A stretch of DNA of 32,000 nucleotides from Zymomonas mobilis subsp. mobilis ATCC 10988. Lineage in GTDB: Bacteria > Pseudomonadota > Alphaproteobacteria > Sphingomonadales > Sphingomonadaceae. Both the position numbers and the translations under genes were made by a program. The stretch's first letter is position 1. The number at the start of each line of letters is the position of its first letter. The notes beneath the pieces were generated by a model. It did not search any database and was not told the DNA's origin. It saw nothing but the letters and a program-made list of their open reading frames with translations. Below are positions 17,461 through 25,732 of this stretch, one piece after another. The stretch lies in the NCBI RefSeq assembly GCF_000175255.2, contig NC_017262.1, positions 360,001 to 392,000 of the forward strand, read 5' to 3'.

Positions 17461-17552
17461 CTTAACAAATCCGTTTTAAAGGCGGATCAACAGGCCCAAT
17501 AAAAATTTCAGAGATATCTGATTTTTGTCCCGAAATAACGTAAAGCCTGATT

Positions 17553-17579
17553 ACCCCTTTCAAAACAGGGGTCTTTTTT
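17553..17579 (+). terminator. Terminator-like hairpin immediately upstream of the aldo/keto reductase
   Basis: ACCCCT-TTCAAAAC-AGGGGT followed by CTTTTTT. Confidence 0.6.
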
Positions 17580-17600
17580 AAAAAATGTGGAGAGTTTCTG

Positions 17601-18623
17601 ATGAACACTTCTACGCAAAAACCCGCTCATTTCGACAAGATTTCGATCAAAGGGATTGATAAATCCGCAACCCGTGTAGCGTTAGGCACATGGGCTATTG
17701 GTGGCTGGATGTGGGGCGGCACCGATGACGATGCCTCCATTAAAACCATTCATCGGGCGATTGATCTTGGTATCAATATCATCGACACCGCTCCGGCTTA
17801 TGGCCGTGGCCACGCTGAAGAAGTCGTTGGTAAAGCCATCAAAGGCCAACGCGATAATTTGATTATTGCGACCAAAGTTGGCCTTGATTGGACTTTAACC
17901 CCCGACCAATCGATGCGCCGTAACAGTTCAGCCAGCCGTATCAAAAAAGAAATCGAAGATTCTTTGCGCCGCCTTGGCACTGATTATATCGACCTTTATC
18001 AGGTGCATTGGCCGGATCCGCTGGTTCCGATTGAAGAAACCGCAACAATATTGGAAGCCCTCAGAAAAGAAGGCAAAATCCGTTCTATCGGCGTTTCCAA
18101 TTATTCCGTTCAACAGATGGACGAGTTCAAGAAATATGCCGAGCTGGCCGTTTCGCAGTCGCCTTATAATCTGTTTGAACGCGAAATAGACAAAGATATC
18201 CTGCCTTATGCCAAGAAAAACGATCTGGTCGTTTTAGGCTATGGTGCACTTTGCCGTGGTTTACTTTCTGGCAGAATGACGGCTGATCGTGCCTTTACAG
18301 GCGATGATTTACGGAAAACAGACCCGAAATTCCAGAAACCGCGCTTTGAACATTATCTGGCTGCGGTTGAAGAACTGAAGAAACTCGCCAAAGAGCATTA
18401 CAATAAATCGGTGTTGGCTTTGGCTATCCGCTGGATGCTGGAGCAAGGGCCCACTTTAGCACTTTGGGGCGCTCGCAAGCCGGAACAGATCGACGGTATT
18501 GATGAAGTTTTTGGCTGGCAGATATCGGATGAAGATCTGAAACAGATTGATGCTATTCTGGCCAAGAATATCCCCAATCCTATCGGTGCAGAATTTATGG
18601 CACCCCCGCCACGCGATAAATAA
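17601..18623 (+). CDS. Aldo/keto reductase
   Basis: TRVALGTWAIGGWMWGGTDDDASIKTIHRAIDLGINIIDTAPAYGRGHAEEVVGKAI; IDLYQVHWPDP; IRSIGVSNYS. Confidence 0.93.
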   Translation: MNTSTQKPAHFDKISIKGIDKSATRVALGTWAIGGWMWGGTDDDASIKTIHRAIDLGINIIDTAPAYGRGHAEEVVGKAIKGQRDNLIIATKVGLDWTLTPDQSMRRNSSASRIKKEIEDSLRRLGTDYIDLYQVHWPDPLVPIEETATILEALRKEGKIRSIGVSNYSVQQMDEFKKYAELAVSQSPYNLFEREIDKDILPYAKKNDLVVLGYGALCRGLLSGRMTADRAFTGDDLRKTDPKFQKPRFEHYLAAVEELKKLAKEHYNKSVLALAIRWMLEQGPTLALWGARKPEQIDGIDEVFGWQISDEDLKQIDAILAKNIPNPIGAEFMAPPPRDK

Positions 18624-18638
18624 GAGCGGATATAAAAC

Positions 18639-18673
18639 AAGCCGTCACTGTCGCAAGACAGGGCGGCTTTTTT
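18639..18673 (+). terminator. Intrinsic terminator
   Basis: AAGCCGTCACTGTC-GCAA-GACAGGGCGGCTTTTTT. Confidence 0.8.
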
Positions 18674-18688
18674 ATGTCTGATACAAGC

Positions 18689-18762
18689 TGGAGCGGGCGA
18701 AGGGAATCGAACCCTCCTAGCTAGCTTGGAAGGCTAGTGCATTACCACTATGCTACGCCCGC
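18689..18762 (-). tRNA. tRNA-Gly (anticodon TCC), CCA encoded
   Basis: Minus strand GCGGGCGTAGCATAGTGGTAATGCACTAGCCTTCCAAGCTAGCTAGGAGGGTTCGATTCCCTTCGCCCGCTCCA; 7-bp acceptor, CTAGC/GCTAG anticodon stem and GGTTCGATTCC T-arm all pair. Confidence 0.97.
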
Positions 18763-18816
18763 TTACCAGAGGCCACTTCCTTACCGATTTCTTTCAAAAC
18801 AGGCAAGGGGTAAATT

Positions 18817-19806
18817 TTAAAGTAATCGTCGACTTTCATTGATTTGCCACAAAAGCAAAGCAGGAACGCCAATAGAAATATCACGCGCCCTTTTCAAAAG
18901 AGATAAAGCGATCATTTCTGCTCCCGTCAGCCCAAAAAGTGGTGCCATCAGGATATAAGCCCCTTCTTGAAGACCGATTGCTCCCGGAACAATAAAAGCT
19001 GCACTGCGCAAGGCAAAAATCAGGCTTTCGATGGTCAAAACAGCGGTTAGAGAAACCTGAACCCCCATAAAACGCAAGGCCACCCATGCACTCGAGGCTC
19101 CGACCACCCACGCCAACATATTAAAGGTAAAGGACGCCAATAACTTCATCGGCTGGTGATAAATTTCGGTCATTTTATTCGAGACATCTCGAATATTATC
19201 ACCGGCACCAGGCACAATTTTTTCAGCCAAACTGCCCGCGACATTCAAAATAGGCCGCTGGAAGAGAATAAATAACAGCAAAATGACAACGATCACGCCC
19301 AATCCGGCATAGGATAAAGGCTGAATTGACATCGCCTTTCCGCCGCCGAAATAATAAAAAGAGATCGTGCCAACCCCAAACAGGGTGAAAATGAGCTGCG
19401 AAGCCATTTCTGCGGTCATATCGACAATCATCGAGGCATAGACCAACTGAAAAGGCAAACCCGCTCCAGTCAATGTTCTGGCACCCAGAATGATGCCACC
19501 AATTTGAGAGAAGGGTAGAATTTCACTTGCCGCTTCTCTGATCGTCCGTCCCCATGAAAATAACGGCATTTTCCGCAGAGATTGGTTCGGCGTCACCGAA
19601 AACCACGCCGCACCCAAAAGGAGCAACACGATCACCGAGAAGAAACAGAAAAGCAAAAAACCTTCGACACCGATGCTGGCAACCGCTGAAAAGATATTAT
19701 GGAAACCGATCCGGTGCATAAAATAAAGAGCCAGAATAAAACCAGTCAGACTTGCTGCCAGAATTATAATGCGGCTCCATGGTTTATCTTTATTTTTGCC
19801 GGTCAT
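18817..19806 (-). CDS. hpnL: Hopanoid-associated membrane protein HpnL (lysylphosphatidylglycerol synthase TM-like)
   Basis: Multi-TM protein with FSQIGGIILGARTL and ...IVPGAIGLQEGAYILMAPLFG motifs; neighbours are hpnK/J/I. The start could be 19920, but MTGKNKDKPWS at 19806 fits better. Confidence 0.82.
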   Translation of the reverse strand: MTGKNKDKPWSRIIILAASLTGFILALYFMHRIGFHNIFSAVASIGVEGFLLFCFFSVIVLLLLGAAWFSVTPNQSLRKMPLFSWGRTIREAASEILPFSQIGGIILGARTLTGAGLPFQLVYASMIVDMTAEMASQLIFTLFGVGTISFYYFGGGKAMSIQPLSYAGLGVIVVILLLFILFQRPILNVAGSLAEKIVPGAGDNIRDVSNKMTEIYHQPMKLLASFTFNMLAWVVGASSAWVALRFMGVQVSLTAVLTIESLIFALRSAAFIVPGAIGLQEGAYILMAPLFGLTGAEMIALSLLKRARDISIGVPALLLWQINESRRLL

Positions 19807-19936
19807 GAAGTGAAGTAGCCACGCTCTTATGAAAAGAGCCGCCCAAGATTTTAAGCGGCCTATGGGACGAACCCGAAAATGATAGAAAGGGTCTATTCCA
19901 TAGAGAGGCCAAAATCGCAAGTTTGATTAACAGAAA

Positions 19937-19969
19937 AGCAGGCCTTTTAACCTTTTTAAAAGACCTGCT
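19937..19969 (-). terminator. Intrinsic terminator between hpnK and hpnL
   Basis: Minus strand AGCAGGTCTTTTAA-AAAGG-TTAAAAGGCCTGCT (14-bp stem, one G-U) followed by TTTCTGTT. Confidence 0.7.
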
Positions 19970-20007
19970 CCTATTTTTTCAGCTTTTAATAATGAGGCTT
20001 AAAGCCG

Positions 20008-20853
20008 TTATTTCCCGAGAAAATCAGAAAAATTACCCAGCTCTATCTGACGCTCTTTCAGGGCTTTTTTGACGGCTTCATCGGTCAAAGCATGCCATTC
20101 TTCAATGGATTCATAGCCTTGAGCATGACCTTCATATTCATCACTGACCGCAGGATGGACATAAATTTCACTCAAGCCTTCCGGCAAATGCTCGATCAAG
20201 CCTAACATTCTGTGCGGGGTCATATGCCCCGTCCATGCAATGCCAAAAGTCTGATCAGGCACAAGAAGGCCGGCATTAACCGAGCGTTTCCGAATACCAT
20301 AAGCCCAAGGCATTGCGACATAATCGGGCAGATGACGGGTAACCGGTTCAATCTCGGCTAAAATATTGATCGGTTCGACGGGCGCACGCATAGCCTTCAA
20401 ACCATAACGACGACCAATCGCTAAAATGAGATTGGAAATCGTCGGATGAAGGTGAAAATGCTTATGGGCATTAACATGGTCAAGTTTCAGACCCGTTGCA
20501 GCAAAAGCGCTAAATTGGGCGTTGATTTCGCGCACCAACTGCCGCCGAACACCGGGGCGAAAGAAGATATCGACACCGGCTCTCACCATATTGCGGCGAA
20601 ACATACCATCTCGATCAACGAGATCCGGTATTTCATCAGGTGGTAGAACCGGACGACCTTCGACCAGAACCAGATGAAGACCAACCCCCAATTTAGGGAG
20701 TCTTCTGGCACGTTCGACCGCATCAAAGGCAGCCGGAGCGCCCACCATCAGACTAGCCGCCGTCAACACGCCATCGATATGCGCCTTTTCCACTGCCTCA
20801 TTAACAACGGTAGCAGCTCCGAAATCATCAGCGGTGACGATCAGCTTTTTCAC
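20008..20853 (-). CDS. hpnK: Hopanoid biosynthesis protein HpnK (YdjC/ChbG-type deacetylase)
   Basis: MKKLIVTADDFGAATVVNEAVEKAHIDGVLTAASLMVGAPAA... and KLDHVNAHKHFHLHP metal-site motifs. Confidence 0.93.
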   Translation of the reverse strand: MKKLIVTADDFGAATVVNEAVEKAHIDGVLTAASLMVGAPAAFDAVERARRLPKLGVGLHLVLVEGRPVLPPDEIPDLVDRDGMFRRNMVRAGVDIFFRPGVRRQLVREINAQFSAFAATGLKLDHVNAHKHFHLHPTISNLILAIGRRYGLKAMRAPVEPINILAEIEPVTRHLPDYVAMPWAYGIRKRSVNAGLLVPDQTFGIAWTGHMTPHRMLGLIEHLPEGLSEIYVHPAVSDEYEGHAQGYESIEEWHALTDEAVKKALKERQIELGNFSDFLGK

Positions 20854-20868
20854 TTCTTTACTCCGTTT

Positions 20869-22299
20869 TTAGCAAGCTTCTTTCCGTTCCCGCAGGAACT
20901 GGAAGAACTCAACACCTTCGCGCAACCGGCGTTTCATCATATCAAAGTCACGAACCATTTCGTTGACAATCGAGAAGACTTTACCGGGGCGGAAATAAAA
21001 GCGCTTATAGAAAGTCTCAACTGAACGGAAGATTTCTTCATGACTTAAATGCGGATAGCTCAAAGGCGCGATCTGGACACCATGTTCATCCACTAATTCA
21101 GCATGTGACTGGTCAAGCCAGCCATTTTCGATGGCCTGTTTATAAAGCAAGGTTCCCGGATAGGGAGCCGCCAAAGAAACCTGAATGGTATGCGGATTGA
21201 TTTCACAAGCCCATTTAATGGTCTGTTCAATGGTTTCGCGGGTTTCGCCCGGCAAGCCCAAAATGAAGGTGCCGTGGATAGCAATACCCAGATCATGACA
21301 ATCGCGGGTAAATTTCTCGGCTGTTTCGACCCGCATCCCTTTTTTGATATTATGCAGGATCTGCTGGTTACCGGATTCATAACCGACCAATAAAAGACGA
21401 AGTCCGTTATCTTTCAGAACCTTCAAGGTTTCATAAGGCACGTTGGCTTTGGCGTTACAAGACCATGTAACCCCTAATTTACCCAATTCGCGGGCAATCG
21501 CTTCGGCACGGGGACGATCATCGGTAAAGGTATCGTCATCAAAGAAGAATTCTTTTACCTGCGGGAAGGTCTTCAGCGCATATTTGATTTCTTCAATCAC
21601 ATGCTCGACGCTGCGAGTTCTATATTTATGCCCGCCAACAGTTTGCGGCCACAGACAGAAACTACAATGCGACTTACAACCGCGTCCCGTATAGATCGAG
21701 ATATAAGGATGTTTCAGATAACCGATGAAATATTTCTCGATTTCAAGATCACGCTTGTAAATCGGAGTCACAAAGGGCAGCTCATCCATATTCTGAAGCA
21801 AAGGCCGATCCGCATTATGGACAATTTCGCCTTTGTCATTGATATAGCTCAAGCCGAGAATTTCTGACCAATCTTTGCCATCGGCGACATCTTTGATCGT
21901 GAAATCAAATTCGTTACGCGCGACAAAGTCAACGATACCCTTGGCATCTTTCAGGCTTTTATCAGCCTCGACCGCGACTTTTGCCCCGATGAAGCCGATT
22001 TTCATCGCCGGATTGACTTTTTTAAGAGCCGCTGCGGTTTTGACATCGGACGCAAAGCTAGGAACCGAGGTATGCAAAATCGCCAAATCATAATCCGGCG
22101 CGATGGCCAAAACTTCCGGCAATTTCGTGCCATGCGGCGGGGCATCAATCAGCTTTGAATCTTTAATAAGAGCTGCAGGCTGTGCGAGCCAGGTCGGATA
22201 CCAGAAGCTCTTGATTTCACGGCGAGCCTGATAACGGGAACCAGCCCCGCCATCAAAACCGTCAAAAGACGGTGCCTGCAGAAAAAGCGTACGCATCAT
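20869..22299 (-). CDS. hpnJ: Hopanoid biosynthesis radical SAM protein HpnJ
   Basis: B12-binding-like N-terminus and radical SAM motif GRGCKSHCSFCLWPQTVGGHKYRTRSVEHVIEEI. Confidence 0.95.
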   Translation of the reverse strand: MMRTLFLQAPSFDGFDGGAGSRYQARREIKSFWYPTWLAQPAALIKDSKLIDAPPHGTKLPEVLAIAPDYDLAILHTSVPSFASDVKTAAALKKVNPAMKIGFIGAKVAVEADKSLKDAKGIVDFVARNEFDFTIKDVADGKDWSEILGLSYINDKGEIVHNADRPLLQNMDELPFVTPIYKRDLEIEKYFIGYLKHPYISIYTGRGCKSHCSFCLWPQTVGGHKYRTRSVEHVIEEIKYALKTFPQVKEFFFDDDTFTDDRPRAEAIARELGKLGVTWSCNAKANVPYETLKVLKDNGLRLLLVGYESGNQQILHNIKKGMRVETAEKFTRDCHDLGIAIHGTFILGLPGETRETIEQTIKWACEINPHTIQVSLAAPYPGTLLYKQAIENGWLDQSHAELVDEHGVQIAPLSYPHLSHEEIFRSVETFYKRFYFRPGKVFSIVNEMVRDFDMMKRRLREGVEFFQFLRERKEAC

Positions 22300-22313
22300 T
22301 ATAAAAAGGACTC

Positions 22314-23468
22314 CTATTTGCGCGAAATGCGCCCGTCAGAATGCAACGTAAGTTCCATTCCCTGCCAATCAACAGAAGAGATAAAGAAGGTCGATAAAAA
22401 TATTCCGAAAGAGAGTAAATCGCGAAAAGGCAGCTGTAATAACGCGTCCATTCGTGAAACTCCAGTCACCCTATTTATACGCCACCCCAATAACCAGCGG
22501 GAAGCCAAAGCAAGACAAAAAACCGGCCAGCTCACCCATCCATTTGTTAACATCAGTCCGATAAAGGCCAAAGGCACGGGATAAGTGACCGCACTTCCGA
22601 AAAAGCCGACCGGATTAATATCCCTGATTGTCGCTGACCATCGCAATTCATGCCGAACAAGGGATGAAAAACTTGTTTCTGTGCAGCTATGCGTCAAAAT
22701 AACCGGTATTACTTCAACTCTTAATCCCAACGCCCTGACTTTTGCACCTAAAACATAATCATCTGCCAGAATATTGGCGAGGCTGTTAAATCCGCCAATC
22801 GCTTCCAACGTCTCGCGTTTTATGGCAATCGTTGACCCCATACAAGGGTTAGCTTTCCTAAGAGCAACGCCTACCATAACTGACGGTAAAAAATTATAGT
22901 CAATATTGGCGGCAGACAGCCGCGACCAATACCCGTTATCGCCTCTTCCGTGATAAAGGCAGGTCACTGCCCCGACATCTTTCTTTTCAAGCGCATGAAC
23001 CACCTGACGGATATAACCTTCAGGTACACTCATATCGCTATCACTGATAATCAAAATATCATGGCCGATATGCGCCGTGATATTGATAAGATTGGAAATC
23101 TTGGCATTAGTGCCATGACTTTTGCTATCAACAATCAACCGGACAGCTGTCTGATTACTGGTAGAGGCAATCTCTCTTACGGTCTCACCTGCCGGATCAT
23201 CAGGATTCTGGATCCCGCAGAGCATTTCATATTCTGCCGGATAATCTTGTTTCAGAAAGGTCAAAAGATTTTCTGTCAGAGCAGGTTCGTCACCATGCAA
23301 AGGCTTGACCAGCGAAACAGAAGGCCATGCCTTTCTCTTGATCACTTCTTTTTGTTGCCACCACAGCACGACAATCGCGGCCAGAATGGTATAACCCACA
23401 CCGGCCAACGCCATAAGCAGTGCCAGACTGCCTATAATTGTCAAAAGGACATGCAGGATGGTTATCAT
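22314..23468 (-). CDS. hpnI: Hopanoid biosynthesis glycosyltransferase HpnI (ceramide glucosyltransferase-like GT)
   Basis: SLVKPLHGDEPALTENLLTFLKQDYPAEYEMLCGIQNPDDPA...LIISDSDMSVPEGYI. Confidence 0.92.
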   Translation of the reverse strand: MITILHVLLTIIGSLALLMALAGVGYTILAAIVVLWWQQKEVIKRKAWPSVSLVKPLHGDEPALTENLLTFLKQDYPAEYEMLCGIQNPDDPAGETVREIASTSNQTAVRLIVDSKSHGTNAKISNLINITAHIGHDILIISDSDMSVPEGYIRQVVHALEKKDVGAVTCLYHGRGDNGYWSRLSAANIDYNFLPSVMVGVALRKANPCMGSTIAIKRETLEAIGGFNSLANILADDYVLGAKVRALGLRVEVIPVILTHSCTETSFSSLVRHELRWSATIRDINPVGFFGSAVTYPVPLAFIGLMLTNGWVSWPVFCLALASRWLLGWRINRVTGVSRMDALLQLPFRDLLSFGIFLSTFFISSVDWQGMELTLHSDGRISRK

Positions 23469-23556
23469 TGTTTAATCCTGATCATGAACCGTTCTTATGC
23501 CTTTCTGGCCTTATGTCTGTGTCAAATCGGACGCCGCTGTATAAACAGGCAGCGTC

Positions 23557-24570
23557 TTAGAAAGAATCTACATATTTATCCAGAACATCCAGATAAGCTG
23601 CGACGGTTTGATCCGGAAGAAATGATCCGAGAAAACTGTTTCTGGCAATTTCAACGAAATCAGCCGCTTTTAGGCCGCAATATTCAGCCAAGGCTTTGTA
23701 ATTATCATTTACATATCCCCCAAAATAGGCGGGATCGTCCGAGTTTATAGTAACTCGAAGCCCTTGGCGCAACAGATAGGGTAACGGATGATTGCGAAGG
23801 TCAGGCACAACCTGTAATTTCTGATTTGAAAGCGGACAAATCGTCAAGGCAATGGCCGAACGCGCTGCCCGCGTCATCAGCAAACGATCTTCGGTAATCC
23901 GGTTGCCATGATCGATCCGATCAATATTCAGGATGTCCAAAGCCTCTTTGATATAGGAAGCATCGCCTTCTTCACCGGCATGTGCAACCAGCTTCAATCC
24001 TTTTTGACGGGCTTCGGCAAAAACATGGCGGAATTTTGAAGGCGGATTACCGACTTCAGAAGAATCAAGACCGACGCCGGTAATCTTGTCGAGGAAGGGT
24101 TCAGCCATCCGCAAGGTTGCAAAGGCCGATTCCTCATCCAGATGCCGCAGGAAACACATAATCAGCTGAACCGACATGCCTAATTCGGCTTCGGCTTTGG
24201 TAACAGCTGCCAACAAACCATTCATGACGACATTGAAAGGAATACCGCGCTCTGTATGGCTCTGGGGATCAAAAAAGATTTCACTATGAAGGACATTGTC
24301 GCGATGCGCCCGATAGAAATAGGCCATCGCCAAATCACAGAAATCTTCTTCAGTTTTTAAAACATTGGTTCCTTGATAATAAATATCAAGAAACTCTTGT
24401 AAGTTGTTGAAATTATAGGCAGCTTTTACGGATTCAACATCAGGAAAAGGTAAGGTAACCTTATTCCGCTTGGCCAATTCAAACATCAATTCAGGTTCAA
24501 GGCTTCCCTCAATATGCAGATGCAACTCTGCCTTCGGCAAAGCCGCTATAAATTTTATAAGATTATTCAT
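23557..24570 (-). CDS. Adenine deaminase (adenosine/AMP deaminase superfamily, bacterial adenine-specific type)
   Basis: LPKAELHLHIEGSLEPELMFELAKRN, CFLRHLDEESA, GVGLDSSEVGNPPSKFRHVF, AHAGEEGD, NSDDPAYFGGYV match, from memory, the adenine-specific subgroup more than classical Add. Confidence 0.85.
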   Translation of the reverse strand: MNNLIKFIAALPKAELHLHIEGSLEPELMFELAKRNKVTLPFPDVESVKAAYNFNNLQEFLDIYYQGTNVLKTEEDFCDLAMAYFYRAHRDNVLHSEIFFDPQSHTERGIPFNVVMNGLLAAVTKAEAELGMSVQLIMCFLRHLDEESAFATLRMAEPFLDKITGVGLDSSEVGNPPSKFRHVFAEARQKGLKLVAHAGEEGDASYIKEALDILNIDRIDHGNRITEDRLLMTRAARSAIALTICPLSNQKLQVVPDLRNHPLPYLLRQGLRVTINSDDPAYFGGYVNDNYKALAEYCGLKAADFVEIARNSFLGSFLPDQTVAAYLDVLDKYVDSF

Positions 24571-24606
24571 GTAACATACTCAAATTTAATAGAAAATCGT
24601 CAACCC

Positions 24607-25728
24607 TCAAGAGGCGGGTATATGATCGCGATACTGATCCCAATGGGAGGCTATCTCGCTCACAACCTTGTTCCCAACGGTAAAGGCGGCATCCAAAGCC
24701 GACTGCATGCCAGAAAGCTCACTGCCTTCATGCGCCAAACTCGCAGCAGCATTACTGCCGCTTGGCTGGAATGTATAATTGGCACCCGTTCGTAACATCA
24801 TGACCCGATTATAATCGGCACGGCCTTCTTTAGATAAAACAGCAATGGCTCTCGCAATACCGCTATCTTCCATGCCGGTCATCACAAAATTTCCACTGCC
24901 ATCCGTCCAATAAGACACCCATTTTTCGATATGGCTATTTGATAAAACGCCATGCCAAAAAGCCTGCCCTGTTGCCTCGTCACCTTTGACAATTTCAGGC
25001 GGGCGCAGTGCGGCTTTATAGGCGGGATAGCCTGATCTTATTTTTTGCAAGGTGGCATTATCCGGCAAGGTTATTTGTGCGGTTTGCTGATAAGCCCAAT
25101 TCTGCAAGCCTTTATTCAAGGCAAAAAGATTATGTGAATTATCGGGGCGCGGGGTTTCATAAGGCCGCTTTTTATCCCAAGGGATTGATCCGGTTGACCA
25201 ATCAGACGGCATCTCTCTGGGGTCGATCCAATAGCTGAAATCGCTATCAACGACATTACCAATCCACGCCGCGGATCCAATGCTTGACGCATTGGGATTA
25301 ACGCCCGCAATCGCTGCCACTAACCAATAAGCATGGGACAAATCAAAACGGTCATCATGTCCCAAAGCCATAACCGAAGTCGCGGCCTGCCCTGTTCCCA
25401 TGCCGGTATTGATCGCCAGAACACCCGTCTTCGGGTCAAAACGGAGATTTCTAGGCGCGGCAGGAAAATCAATTTTTTCAGGCAGGATATTCGCCCAAGC
25501 CTGAAATTCTCCTGCTTTGTCGCCTTGGTCTTCTCCGATTTCAAAAGCAGTCAGAACAACCACCCGAACCGGAATTTTTACTTGTGGACAGGGACAGGCT
25601 TTCTTTTCAGAAATCACCTTTTTCGGGACAACCACGCCACCGCTTTTCCCAGCTGCCATAGCCGGCGCATAGAATAAAGCCAGCCCCCCTAAAAGGGCGG
25701 CTATTTTTTTATATCGGCTTATTTTCAT
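24607..25728 (-). CDS. Purine nucleoside permease (NUP, PF06516-type) family protein with a signal peptide
   Basis: MKISRYKKIAALLGGLALFYAPAMA-AGK leader; VRVVVLTAFEIGEDQGDKAGEFQAW...LAINTGMGTGQAATSVMALG. No further TM segments evident. Confidence 0.85.
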   Translation of the reverse strand: MKISRYKKIAALLGGLALFYAPAMAAGKSGGVVVPKKVISEKKACPCPQVKIPVRVVVLTAFEIGEDQGDKAGEFQAWANILPEKIDFPAAPRNLRFDPKTGVLAINTGMGTGQAATSVMALGHDDRFDLSHAYWLVAAIAGVNPNASSIGSAAWIGNVVDSDFSYWIDPREMPSDWSTGSIPWDKKRPYETPRPDNSHNLFALNKGLQNWAYQQTAQITLPDNATLQKIRSGYPAYKAALRPPEIVKGDEATGQAFWHGVLSNSHIEKWVSYWTDGSGNFVMTGMEDSGIARAIAVLSKEGRADYNRVMMLRTGANYTFQPSGSNAAASLAHEGSELSGMQSALDAAFTVGNKVVSEIASHWDQYRDHIPAS

Positions 25729-25732
25729 CCCG

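Noticed and set aside
20446-20646. Opposite-strand ORFs across the minus-strand block (also 22950..23750, 27202..27405, 30334..30567)
   Set aside because: They lie antisense to, or largely overlap, confident hpnK/hpnI/azgA/emrA coding sequence and show no recognisable domains.
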